From the IMG/VR virus record IMGVR_UViG_3300027801_001493, positions 1-64,000 of that record: a stretch of 64,000 nt of DNA, one strand, 5' to 3'. Below, one piece after another: positions 47,554 through 57,171 of the stretch (its first letter is position 1; the number at the start of each line of letters is the position of its first letter). The stretch comes from a virus. The translations under genes and the position numbers were made by a program. Under the pieces are notes generated by a model that worked only from the letters and a program-made list of their open reading frames with translations, did not search any database and was not told the origin of the DNA.

Positions 47554-50397
47554 CTAGCTACCCATTATGAAGTATATCCAAGCATGACTGGTCTGTCCAA
47601 AGCCACTGCTTGATCCTGTTTCCGAACGTGTCAAACTCATTGTAACATTTGCACTTCCTAAACTGCCATGAGGTGTACCAGTACCATCTAATTTTAATGT
47701 GGTATTGATAGCACTTTGTATTTGGCTCTTTATGTTATACTCCGTAGTGGATTGGCTGTAACCATATGCTGTTATGCCTAGTGGTGGTCTATTATAATTT
47801 CCTGCAAAGTCTATTATAATTTCACAACTGTTTGCCGCTGAATTATTAACTGTGACATTTCCCATATTCGTACTCTTATCACTTATACCGCCAACACCTT
47901 GAGCAGTATCAATTGCTCCTGCTGATGTGTAATAGAGTTTGAAGTATTCATAACTTGTTCCAGAGCCACCGCCACCACCACTTATATTAGTATGAGATAC
48001 ATTAGTAATTCTACCTGTTGCATCTACTGTAAATACTGCTGATTTTGTTGAACTTCCGTATGTTCCTGCTGTTGCGCCTGAGTCTGTTATGCTGATAGCA
48101 CCACTACTAAACGTAATGCCTGTGCCACCGCTTACATAAGCCTCTACATTCGCATCACCATAATTGCCCGATACACTTGCCAGTGTGCTTGTTAAGTCTA
48201 CGTTTCCTGATTGTCCAGTTAAACTAATTACATTTCCTGATATAGTCATGTCCTGACTATCAGTTTCACTTGTTAAGTATGAACTTAAATCTGGTGGTGT
48301 AAATGTATAAACACCTGTTCCGCTGTTGTATCCTAAACCACCTGAACCACTTGCTGATGCTGTGGTAACACTAAAGTCTGTTAGTGCCGTTCCACCACCT
48401 GCTGGGCCTGTTGCCCCAATTGGTCCTCTTATATTTCCAACGTTCTGTGTGCTGGAATTACTATAAGTTAATGTTAAATCGTTACCCGCCAATGCAACTG
48501 TAGTAATACCGTTGCCGACCGCTCCTGTTGAACCTACGTTACCCTGTGGTCCTGTTGGTCCTACGTTACCCTGTGGTCCTGTGGCTCCTAAACCACTTAA
48601 ATCTACAGTAGTACTATCATATTCTAAATTACTTCCACTTAATGTTAGTGATGGTCTACTTGTTAAATCTGTAAATAGTCCGCTTGTTCCAACTGTGGAA
48701 AGCGAACTTGTATCTGCCTTTGTGGCAATTGAATTTGTTATTGTTGTACTAAAGTTTGCATCGTCACCTAGTGCCGCGGCTAATTCATTCAATGTATCTA
48801 ATGTGCCTGGAGCACTACTAGTAATTGCCGCTACTATTGTTGACTGTGTTGCAAAGCCTTGTGCTGTTAAGTATGTACCAACATTGCTGTCGCCATAGTT
48901 ACCACCGCCAGTTGCTATTGCAGTTGTTAAATCTACTGTTCCGCCATTAGTTAATGTAATTACATTACCACTAAGGCTTAAATCTTGTGTATCAGTATCA
49001 GTATCTGCTGAATTAATCCATGCACTACCATTGTATTTTAATACTTGTCCACTTGTTGGACTTGTAATTGCTGTATCAGTTAGTTCTGTTAAAGTATCAA
49101 ATGAAGTTTTTAGTGTACTTAAATCTATTGCATTACCACCACTAATACTAATTGTACTTGTGCCAGCATTCCAACTTAATGTTTGAGTACTACCACCGCT
49201 TTGTGCTACCCAGTCATAGTCTGTGCCATTCCAACTTAATACTTCTCCTGAACTTGCTGTACTTTTATTTAGATGTATGTCGACATTTGCATCAGCATAA
49301 CTTCCGCCACCGCCGCCACTGTTATTGTCTGCCGCTGGTGCCCAACTAGTACCATTGTATTTTAATACTTGTCCGTTAGTTACACCGGATGTACTTACAC
49401 CTGATAAGTCATCTAAGTTAATTGAATCTAATGCAATAGAAAGATTTTTATCTCCTGCAGAAGTTGTTACTGTAATTTTGTTTCCGCCTCTAATGTCTAA
49501 GTCATTACCTGTTGTGGTATATGATGTAGAACCATTAGTAACAACAATATCAGCAATAGAGTTAGATGTTATAGCACTATCTGTTTGTGCTTTAGTATAA
49601 ACATCTCCTGTTTGGGCAAAGTTTGCCGCAGGTATTGAACCTAAGTTGGTAGCATTAACGGCTATGTCTGCCGTACCCCTAAAGTATGTACTAAAAATCT
49701 GTGAATACTTTTGAGTAGAATTACCTATGCTATATAAATTGTTTATTGCAGGTTGATAGTTTGCAGTAGTTGTTACTGCTTGGGCTATATGGGCGTTAAA
49801 ATCTGCTCTATCTGTTTTGCCAGATATATTTGTTCTGGCTACCCAATCTAAATTATTAGAACCGTCTGTTACTAATACTTGTCCAGCCGTTCCATCTGCT
49901 ACAGGCATAACCATTCCAGCGAATGTTAGGTTAGTTGTTACTAAACCGTTACTTGTAACTGTGCCATTGTTAATAGTTGTATTTTGTGATGCACCTAGTA
50001 TGCTTAATGTAGTACCATCGTATGTGATACTGTCTGAACCATTAGCAATATTGCCGTTTGCATCTGCTACTAATATTGTATTTGCATTTGCTGTGCCTAA
50101 TGCTAAACTTCCAGTGCCTACTACTGCATCAATAGTAATAACATTATCATTTAATGCTATTGTGGCATTTGCACCTGCTTGTAGTTTATAAAATTCTAAA
50201 TACTGACTATCGTTTTGCTTGTATAAGCCAACTCCATAAGTGCCTACGTTTCTACCTTGTCCAGTTACACTGGCGTTGGCGCTAACTGCCGCTGTTTCAT
50301 TCTTAAAAGATCCAGTCGCGGCATCATAAACTAATATTTGATTATCAGCTATGCTATCGATATTAAATGTTATGTTGTCGTTAGTTCCAATTGGCAT
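47554..50397 (-). CDS. tail-fibre-like protein with short collagen-like segment
   Basis: GQVL.YNG..W repeats, APGTLDTLNELAAALGDD.NF, (GXY)n. Confidence 0.8.
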   Translation of the reverse strand: MPIGTNDNITFNIDSIADNQILVYDAATGSFKNETAAVSANASVTGQGRNVGTYGVGLYKQNDSQYLEFYKLQAGANATIALNDNVITIDAVVGTGSLALGTANANTILVADANGNIANGSDSITYDGTTLSILGASQNTTINNGTVTSNGLVTTNLTFAGMVMPVADGTAGQVLVTDGSNNLDWVARTNISGKTDRADFNAHIAQAVTTTANYQPAINNLYSIGNSTQKYSQIFSTYFRGTADIAVNATNLGSIPAANFAQTGDVYTKAQTDSAITSNSIADIVVTNGSTSYTTTGNDLDIRGGNKITVTTSAGDKNLSIALDSINLDDLSGVSTSGVTNGQVLKYNGTSWAPAADNNSGGGGGSYADANVDIHLNKSTASSGEVLSWNGTDYDWVAQSGGSTQTLSWNAGTSTISISGGNAIDLSTLKTSFDTLTELTDTAITSPTSGQVLKYNGSAWINSADTDTDTQDLSLSGNVITLTNGGTVDLTTAIATGGGNYGDSNVGTYLTAQGFATQSTIVAAITSSAPGTLDTLNELAAALGDDANFSTTITNSIATKADTSSLSTVGTSGLFTDLTSRPSLTLSGSNLEYDSTTVDLSGLGATGPQGNVGPTGPQGNVGSTGAVGNGITTVALAGNDLTLTYSNSSTQNVGNIRGPIGATGPAGGGTALTDFSVTTASASGSGGLGYNSGTGVYTFTPPDLSSYLTSETDSQDMTISGNVISLTGQSGNVDLTSTLASVSGNYGDANVEAYVSGGTGITFSSGAISITDSGATAGTYGSSTKSAVFTVDATGRITNVSHTNISGGGGGSGTSYEYFKLYYTSAGAIDTAQGVGGISDKSTNMGNVTVNNSAANSCEIIIDFAGNYNRPPLGITAYGYSQSTTEYNIKSQIQSAINTTLKLDGTGTPHGSLGSANVTMSLTRSETGSSSGFGQTSHAWIYFIMGS
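48533..48582 (-). repeat. 27-bp tandem duplication encoding collagen-like GPQGNVGPT
   Basis: cctacgttaccctgtggtcctgt at 48533 and 48560. Confidence 0.9.
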
Positions 50398-50452
50398 ACT
50401 TATATCCTGCTATGTTATAGCAGTATTTATCACTTCTAGAAGTTTTTTGCTG

Positions 50453-50866
50453 TTAAGCAGACATGCGGACATAAGCAATCGAGCCGTAATCCGTTAAGTA
50501 TGAAGTACCATCACCTATATAAGACCTATCCATCTTAACTCTTAGGTATGTAAAGTTACCATTTATATTGTATGCTTCTGTACCAGTAAAGCCTGCTGTA
50601 CCAGTTATTGGGAATGTTTTAAATCCACCAGCCGAAACTGATTGTCCACCTGGTATTTGTATTGGAAAGTAATCAGCATCTGTAGGTGTTAAAGACAATG
50701 TTCCTTGTATAGTAACTCTGCCTTTAAAGGCGGCATACTGTATTGCAATGGTGTGCATACCATCTGAGTAGCCGTAGTAACTGTCACCTTCTACTTTATC
50801 AGTAGTAAGATTCATTTCGGAGTTTGTTGCTCCATGCACTAAAATTGATTTTCTATTAATGGTCAT
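50453..50866 (-). CDS. conserved structural-region protein
   Basis: GDSYYGYSDG.HT; GATAAATA at 50872-50879. Confidence 0.7.
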   Translation of the reverse strand: MTINRKSILVHGATNSEMNLTTDKVEGDSYYGYSDGMHTIAIQYAAFKGRVTIQGTLSLTPTDADYFPIQIPGGQSVSAGGFKTFPITGTAGFTGTEAYNINGNFTYLRVKMDRSYIGDGTSYLTDYGSIAYVRMSA

Positions 50867-50883
50867 ATTTGTATTTATCGCTT

Positions 50884-51522
50884 TTAGTCATTTTTGATTA
50901 CAATGACTCGAATAATATTTTTAATTACATTGCCTTTTTGCAGTTTCATAAAGAACTGTACGTCTTCAATATCTTTTTCATTCAAGTATGTGTTTCGTGT
51001 ATTTGTTTTGCTATCAGCAACACTCATTACATTATCGCCCAAGTCTTCAAAATATTTATACCAATCCCGGCCCGTGGAGTGGTTTCCTCCACCATATACC
51101 TCGGCAACGTTGGGCCAATCCCATACAATTTTTGTATCAAACTTTCCAAAGTACTTGCTTGTTCTTATTTCCCATTGCTCTAACGCATGGTTGCTTATGG
51201 AATTAACTTTTTGTAATGCTTCACAATGAGACTTACTTATAGGACCCATAATTAAATTTACTGCATCACCAAATATATACATGAATTCTTCAAATGCATC
51301 TAATGTTTTAAAATACACATGCCTAGTATAGTTGTCTACTATCTTCATATGTTTGCTACGAAAGTCATCGTGTACATATCTAACAATAGCCGCAGATTTA
51401 TCTATATCTTCATAATTTATACTGTTACCAAGCAGTCTTACTTTAAAAGGATAATGTGCATAGTATACTTTATCAGAGCCTACTATTTTACAATTATACT
51501 TCTTTGGGTCTAGTGGTTTCAA
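50884..51522 (-). CDS. hypothetical protein
   Basis: ORF track. Confidence 0.7.
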   Translation of the reverse strand: MKPLDPKKYNCKIVGSDKVYYAHYPFKVRLLGNSINYEDIDKSAAIVRYVHDDFRSKHMKIVDNYTRHVYFKTLDAFEEFMYIFGDAVNLIMGPISKSHCEALQKVNSISNHALEQWEIRTSKYFGKFDTKIVWDWPNVAEVYGGGNHSTGRDWYKYFEDLGDNVMSVADSKTNTRNTYLNEKDIEDVQFFMKLQKGNVIKNIIRVIVIKND

Positions 51523-53689
51523 TGTTTACTTCTCCATCTATGTCCTGAACAGTAACAAATAAATTTTTCATATCCTCAAATAAAATCTTTTTACTTAAAG
51601 GTTTTTTAAGTTCATTCTCGAACAATCGTTTTAATGGTCTCGCTCCCATTGATGGGTCGTATCCTTTATCTACAAAGTAAGTAACTGCACTCTTGTCTAG
51701 CTCTATTGCAATGTTTCTCTCTTTTAATTGTTCGTTAATTTCTTCTTCAAGGCGTTTTACAATCTTTTCAACTACACCTTTATCTAATTTGTTGAATCTA
51801 ATTACAGCATCTAATCTGTTTCTAAACTCTGGAGTGAAGAAACTTTTAACTGCCGCAACATCTGTATCAATTTTAGTATTTTTACCAAATCCAATTTTAA
51901 GTTTCTCTGCATCTGCGGCTCCTAAGTTACTGGTCATTAACAATACAACATTAGTAAAGTCTGTCTTTTTACCTGTTGCGCCTGTTAAGTGTCCATCGTC
52001 CATTACTTGTAGTAATACCTGCAATACCTCTGGTGCGGCTTTCTCAACCTCATCAAGTAACAATACGCAATTAGGATTTTCTTCTACTGCTGTGAGTAGT
52101 TGTCCTTGCCCCATTTTGCCTTCTGCATGTCCAACATATCCTGGAGGAGCACCAATAAGTTTACTTACACTATGTCGTTCCTGATACTCTGACATATCAA
52201 AACGTACTAGTTTACTTTCTAATGCTACTGCTAATTGTTTAGCACTTTCTGTTTTACCTGTACCAGTTGGTCCTACTAATAGGAAACTACCCACCGGCTT
52301 GTTCGCTTCTCTTAATCCTGATTTAGCAACTAGTATACTTTCAACAATGCTATCAATTGCTTCGTCTTGTCCGTATACTTTTGTTTTAATTCTTTTATCT
52401 AAACTTTTATATCCTTGTGTGCTATCAACATCAATAACATCTTTACCAATCTTACTCATCTTGCTTATAACATGTAGAATGTCATCTTGCATTACTTCTG
52501 TTTCGCCTCTGAGTTTTGTTCTGGCTCCAGCCGCATCAATAATATCTACTGCTTTGTCTGGGAAGAATTTATTCTTAATGTACCTGTCTGCTAAGTCTAC
52601 ACTTTTCTCTACCATTTCATCTGTGTACGTTACATTATGGAATGCTTCAAAGTAAGGCTTTAGTCCTACAGCAATTTTAATTGTATCTTCTACATTAGTA
52701 GGCTCAATATCTATACGTTGGAATCTACGCATTAATGCTTTGTCTTTTTCAAAATGTGTTGCGTACTCATCATTAGTTGTAGCACCCATAGTAAGCATCT
52801 TACCTCTTCCTAACACAGGCTTTAACAAGTTTGCTATATCTACATTACTACTGCCGGCACTACCGGCTCCCATTATCATATGAATCTCATCAATAAACAA
52901 TATAATGTTCTTGTTCTTTTCTAAGTTATCTAATACAATTTTAATACGTTCCTCAAAGTCTCCTCTGTATCTAGTACCAGCAAGTAAGGCACCAATGTCT
53001 AAGCTGAATACTGTTTTGTCTTTAAGTGCATTAGGTACTTGACCTTCTACAATTTTTAATGCTAGTCCTTCAGCAATAGCAGTTTTACCTGTGCCTGGCT
53101 CACCAATTAGTAATGGATTGTTTTTCTTACGTCTTGCTAAAATATGTACCAAGTCATCTACTTCTTCCATTCTACCTATAAGTGGATCTATCTCACTTTC
53201 AGATGCTTTTTCATTTAAGTTAATTAAAAATTCTTCTGCATCTTTCATAGCATCGCCAACACTTTGATTCTTAGTTAGGTGCTCTATAAGTTTAAATCTA
53301 TGTATACCGTTAAGTTCTAGTAAGTATCTAGCATGTGTATTCTCTTCTGATAGAATACTAACAAGTAAGTCCATTGCATTCACTTGTTCTCTAGCACTGA
53401 ATATTACTTGGGCAAATGCTCGTTGTAATACACGTTCGATACTAACAGTTTTCTTAGGTCTACCGTCCCATGGTACTTCACCATGTAGTCCATTGTATGC
53501 TGTATCGTTTAAGTATTCGTGTAAATCAGTCTTAGCGGTTTCCCAATCACATTCAACTAGTTGAAGTATATCTGTTACGTCAGAATCTTCTAGTAAGCAG
53601 TACACTAAATGTTCTAGTGTTACATACTCATGTTTGTTATCTGTTGCATAATTAACTGCACATTCTATTACATTATCTACGTTGCTCAT
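51494..53689 (-). CDS. clpA: ATP-dependent Clp protease ATP-binding subunit ClpA
   Basis: N domain, GEPGTGKT, FIDEIH, GPTGTGKT, DMSEY, IGF loop, PEFRNRLD; no ClpB M domain. Confidence 0.92.
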   Translation of the reverse strand: MSNVDNVIECAVNYATDNKHEYVTLEHLVYCLLEDSDVTDILQLVECDWETAKTDLHEYLNDTAYNGLHGEVPWDGRPKKTVSIERVLQRAFAQVIFSAREQVNAMDLLVSILSEENTHARYLLELNGIHRFKLIEHLTKNQSVGDAMKDAEEFLINLNEKASESEIDPLIGRMEEVDDLVHILARRKKNNPLLIGEPGTGKTAIAEGLALKIVEGQVPNALKDKTVFSLDIGALLAGTRYRGDFEERIKIVLDNLEKNKNIILFIDEIHMIMGAGSAGSSNVDIANLLKPVLGRGKMLTMGATTNDEYATHFEKDKALMRRFQRIDIEPTNVEDTIKIAVGLKPYFEAFHNVTYTDEMVEKSVDLADRYIKNKFFPDKAVDIIDAAGARTKLRGETEVMQDDILHVISKMSKIGKDVIDVDSTQGYKSLDKRIKTKVYGQDEAIDSIVESILVAKSGLREANKPVGSFLLVGPTGTGKTESAKQLAVALESKLVRFDMSEYQERHSVSKLIGAPPGYVGHAEGKMGQGQLLTAVEENPNCVLLLDEVEKAAPEVLQVLLQVMDDGHLTGATGKKTDFTNVVLLMTSNLGAADAEKLKIGFGKNTKIDTDVAAVKSFFTPEFRNRLDAVIRFNKLDKGVVEKIVKRLEEEINEQLKERNIAIELDKSAVTYFVDKGYDPSMGARPLKRLFENELKKPLSKKILFEDMKNLFVTVQDIDGEVNIETTRPKEV

Positions 53690-53697
53690 ACTACTAT

Positions 53698-54492
53698 TTA
53701 CATCTCCTTATCAATAAAGTTGCCGAATCTTTGCAACTGTTCTTCTGTTAAATTTGGGGTAGTTACATCTACTATTACAAATAGGTCTCCTACACGCCCT
53801 CCTTGGGGGTTTGACATACCTTTTCCTTGTAATTTTAATCTGCTCTGAGGAGCCGAATTTTTTGGAACTTTTACTTCAAACTCTTTTCCATCTAAGTGAT
53901 GAAACCTCACAACTGTACCAGTGATTGCTTGTATGTAATTTATTTGTACTCTAACAAATAAATTGTTACGTTCCCTTCCCCACTCTTGTGGTTCGTGTAC
54001 AAACACTCTGCATATTAAATCTCCAGCTGGTATGCCTTGTTGTTGTATTGGACCTTTACCACGCATAACAAACTTACTGCCTTGCTCAGTTCCCATTGGG
54101 ATAGTTAGTTTATATTTTGCATAGCCTGTATCAATTATTTTCTCTGTACCTGAATATACTTCTGCTAAGTCTACATGAACATCACATACTGCATCTGGGT
54201 TACGTTGGGGTCTTCGCTGTTGTCTAAAGCCTCCGCCAAATATATCACTAAATACATCTCCAAAAGGATTACCTTGTCCAAAAGGATCTTGTCCTTGAAA
54301 AGGACTTGGGTTATCGTACTGCTGTCTCTTATCAGGATCGCTTAATACTTCGTATGCTTGTTGTATCTTTTTAAACTCTTCTGGATCGCCGCCTTTGTCA
54401 GGGTGATGTTTACTCGCAAGTTTACGAAAAGACTGTTTAATCTCCGCTTTATCTGATTGAGGTGTAACACCTAATGTTTGGTAATGGTCCAT
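53698..54492 (-). CDS. dnaJ: DnaJ/CbpA-type co-chaperone (class II)
   Basis: HPD motif, G/F-rich linker, C-terminal domain, no zinc finger. Confidence 0.9.
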   Translation of the reverse strand: MDHYQTLGVTPQSDKAEIKQSFRKLASKHHPDKGGDPEEFKKIQQAYEVLSDPDKRQQYDNPSPFQGQDPFGQGNPFGDVFSDIFGGGFRQQRRPQRNPDAVCDVHVDLAEVYSGTEKIIDTGYAKYKLTIPMGTEQGSKFVMRGKGPIQQQGIPAGDLICRVFVHEPQEWGRERNNLFVRVQINYIQAITGTVVRFHHLDGKEFEVKVPKNSAPQSRLKLQGKGMSNPQGGRVGDLFVIVDVTTPNLTEEQLQRFGNFIDKEM

Positions 54493-54498
54493 GACTTA

Positions 54499-54527
54499 AT
54501 TATATACTACTAGTTGTAGGAAGTCAA
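54499..54527 (-). promoter_or_regulatory. sigma70 promoter, leaderless transcript
   Basis: TTGACT-N17-TATAAT-N6-ATG. Confidence 0.8.
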
Positions 54528-54534
54528 GTTAAAA

Positions 54535-54765
54535 CTATGCTAGGTCGTTTACTAGAGCTATTAAGTCTTTAACTGTCTTGATGTCATCTATATCGTCGTC
54601 TGCAATTTCTATATCAAACTCATTTTCAAATGCTAAAACAACTTCTACTGAGTCCAAACTATCAAAGTTTAAATCATCAAAGAGATGTGAATCTTCTTTA
54701 ATCTTTTCTTTTGGTATGTTTAGTTCTGTTGAAATTACTTTTTGTACTTGTTCAAATATATTCAT
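54535..54765 (-). CDS. acpP: acyl carrier protein
   Basis: DDL..DSLDSVE.V.AFE.EFDIEI.D. Confidence 0.9.
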   Translation of the reverse strand: MNIFEQVQKVISTELNIPKEKIKEDSHLFDDLNFDSLDSVEVVLAFENEFDIEIADDDIDDIKTVKDLIALVNDLA

Positions 54766-54767
54766 TA

Positions 54768-55502
54768 TTAATCCTTACTGCCTAATGACGGTAATAGTGA
54801 TGATAGACTGAATGCACTTTTTGTTTCTTGTACATCTGGTGCTGGTCCAGTCGGGGTTTCATTGTCAGCCTCTGCGGCATCCTTGTCGTTTTGTTGTCTT
54901 TCTTTATTCTCTTCTAGCCAACCTTCTTTACCTTTAGGAGCAGTTGCCTCTCTATAGTAATATATTATATCTTTCTGTTGACCAATGTATCGCTTAATCT
55001 CTTGTAGGTTAGCAGACATTTTTTCATAGCCTACTGGAGTCATTGCAAATATAACAAAGTCTCCATCTAACATTATTTCGACTTCTACAATCTTTTGTTC
55101 TAAGTTACCACATACTTGGATAACACCATTGCCATCTGTTAAGTGTTCTAATTCTACACGTTTGTTCTTTTCATCTCTTTGAACTACTCGTTTTGTTGTA
55201 CCATCTTCTTGTGCAACTTGGTCGTATGCAAATCTTTCTGTGGTGTAATACCACTTACCTTGTGATAATGTTTTCTTGCCTGTTGCAGGTTTGCATGGAG
55301 TATTAGTAATAACTTTCCAGTCTACATCATTTAAGTTAATTGATTGTGGTAAAGGTGGTGCGTATATTTCTACTTCAACAGTTTCAGTAATTACTTTAAC
55401 TGGAGGTAAAGGTTGGAAGCCAGTTGAAGCACATGATGTCATAAGAAATGCTAGTGCTAGAATTGATGCTGTCTGTATTGTTTTTCTGTTTAAAATATCC
55501 AT
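54768..55502 (-). CDS. lipoprotein, probable o-spanin
   Basis: Lipobox LMTSC, P.LP..I.L..V.W, YEKMS.NLQEIKRYI...IYYYR. Confidence 0.6.
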   Translation of the reverse strand: MDILNRKTIQTASILALAFLMTSCASTGFQPLPPVKVITETVEVEIYAPPLPQSINLNDVDWKVITNTPCKPATGKKTLSQGKWYYTTERFAYDQVAQEDGTTKRVVQRDEKNKRVELEHLTDGNGVIQVCGNLEQKIVEVEIMLDGDFVIFAMTPVGYEKMSANLQEIKRYIGQQKDIIYYYREATAPKGKEGWLEENKERQQNDKDAAEADNETPTGPAPDVQETKSAFSLSSLLPSLGSKD

Positions 55503-55642
55503 TGTATAATAAGTGTTAGTAGCACTCCTTTCGAAAATGCCATCCATAAGTATGTGTAGTCGTTAATATTGTATTTGTCTTGAAAATCTTCAACCGCGTC
55601 TTTGTGCCAGTCTATAATGTCGTTTAATGTTTCTTTAATCAT
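55490..55642 (-). CDS. small membrane protein (50 aa)
   Basis: Manual translation MIKETLNDIIDWHK...KGVLLTLIIQWIF. Confidence 0.55.
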   Translation of the reverse strand: MIKETLNDIIDWHKDAVEDFQDKYNINDYTYLWMAFSKGVLLTLIIQWIF

Positions 55643-56072
55643 CTGCTCTCTCCACTTCATTTAAATTAGCAACTTCCTTGCTGTCTTGTTCTACTGCTCT
55701 AAATATACTACTAGTAGCATCATTGGCTCTACTTTCAATCATGCCAGGTCTTAATCTAGACAGTTTAGTAAAGTTATGGTCACTGAATATCTTCTGAGCT
55801 TCTTTTGCCTGTCTTTCCCACTCATTGGATTTAACTGTAAGGTCTCCAATTTGTGCTATTTGTTTGCTGTTACTCTCTTCTAAACCTCTAATAGTTGATT
55901 CGTTAATATCTGCCGCACTTTGTAACGAAACGTTGTGTTGGTTAAGTACATTGATTTGAATTTGTTGTTCTTCTACTTGCTTTGTTAAGCCGTTAACTAT
56001 AAACGTATGGGCTCCATAGGCAAATAAAAGTGCTATCCCTACAAAGGGTAATGATTTAATAAATGCTAACAT
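55635..56072 (-). CDS. probable i-spanin
   Basis: N-terminal TM helix plus long coiled coil, RPG.IE motif. Confidence 0.6.
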   Translation of the reverse strand: MLAFIKSLPFVGIALLFAYGAHTFIVNGLTKQVEEQQIQINVLNQHNVSLQSAADINESTIRGLEESNSKQIAQIGDLTVKSNEWERQAKEAQKIFSDHNFTKLSRLRPGMIESRANDATSSIFRAVEQDSKEVANLNEVERADD

Positions 56073-56824
56073 GGTTTTGCAACTAACACTTGGTCAGTAG
56101 CAGGATTGTGGAATACAATATGCTTATTGATTGGAATGATGTTTAACTCTCCTCTCATGCTTTCTAATGTACTCACTAAAGTCTTATCCCAATCGTAATC
56201 TATTGCCGCTTCGGATATGCCTGCTTCTTCTAGTGTTACCTTTCCTTCTCCAAATTGTACAAATTCTAGTTGTAATTTATACTTATAGTCTCTAATTGTT
56301 AAGACGTTGTTTTCAAGAACACAATCTTTGATAAACGTATTGTTCAGAATAAAATCTTCTATTTCTACTATTTTCATATTCTCATCCGCTTTTGTTTTTT
56401 GTTCTTTTGTTTGGTAAGTCTCAGGTGATTGCTTAATAAGTGTTTCGAGCATAGGATCACTTAGTGAAAGTTCTGAATCAGATAGTAAAGGTTTAACTTG
56501 CCAATCAAGGTTACCACTTACATTAATAATATCTTTACAAAGGTTTCTTAAGCCTTCTATCATACCTTCTGTTCTGTCTACTTCAACAAACACCATATAA
56601 AGATTATCTTCATTTGGGTTTGGTGTTACTTCAACATCTCTGTGTTCATGTATACTCTTTGAAATAAATTTTGCTAAATCGTCTCCAGCATTTTGTTCTG
56701 TTACATAAAATCCTATAACTGCAATGTCTTCTTTCTCTCCAGTCTTTGGTTCGAATTCATCTACACTAACTTTATTTGTAACTACACCTTGTAGGTCACC
56801 ATGTTTTAATGCTTCTTTTATCAT
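56066..56824 (-). CDS. conserved jumbo-phage hypothetical protein
   Basis: SVDEFEPKTG, YMVFVEVDR. Confidence 0.75.
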   Translation of the reverse strand: MIKEALKHGDLQGVVTNKVSVDEFEPKTGEKEDIAVIGFYVTEQNAGDDLAKFISKSIHEHRDVEVTPNPNEDNLYMVFVEVDRTEGMIEGLRNLCKDIINVSGNLDWQVKPLLSDSELSLSDPMLETLIKQSPETYQTKEQKTKADENMKIVEIEDFILNNTFIKDCVLENNVLTIRDYKYKLQLEFVQFGEGKVTLEEAGISEAAIDYDWDKTLVSTLESMRGELNIIPINKHIVFHNPATDQVLVAKPC

Positions 56825-56826
56825 TA

Positions 56827-57171
56827 TTATTCTCCTGGATGATCTTTTTGATGTTCTTTCATGTGTTCATCAAACTCTGTCTGAATTTTTGATATTTCCT
56901 TTTGTAGGTATTCAATGTTTAAATCTTGTACAGCATCATCAGGTAACGCACCCAACTCACCTCTTGGCCATTTGATTCTAAACTCTGAATTAATCTCTAC
57001 AGAATCTTGCATTCTAACTGTGTCTAATTGTAATTGAGAAATCTCTCCAGTCAGTGTAAAATATACACCTGCTATAGACAATATAGTAATCAGTATTCCT
57101 ACTAGACTTTTTATATCTATTGTTAGTTGACTCCTGTCGTTCAACGCTATTGGTTTGATGTCTTCACTCAT
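56827..57171 (-). CDS. membrane / coiled-coil protein
   Basis: TM helix; FRIKWPRGELG. Confidence 0.7.
   Translation of the reverse strand: MSEDIKPIALNDRSQLTIDIKSLVGILITILSIAGVYFTLTGEISQLQLDTVRMQDSVEINSEFRIKWPRGELGALPDDAVQDLNIEYLQKEISKIQTEFDEHMKEHQKDHPGE

Noticed and set aside
42449-50191. Long + strand ORFs (253 aa, 290 aa and others) antisense to fibre genes
   Set aside because: Shadow frames of Gly/Thr/Ala-rich coding; V/P/A-rich, no SD, no motifs.
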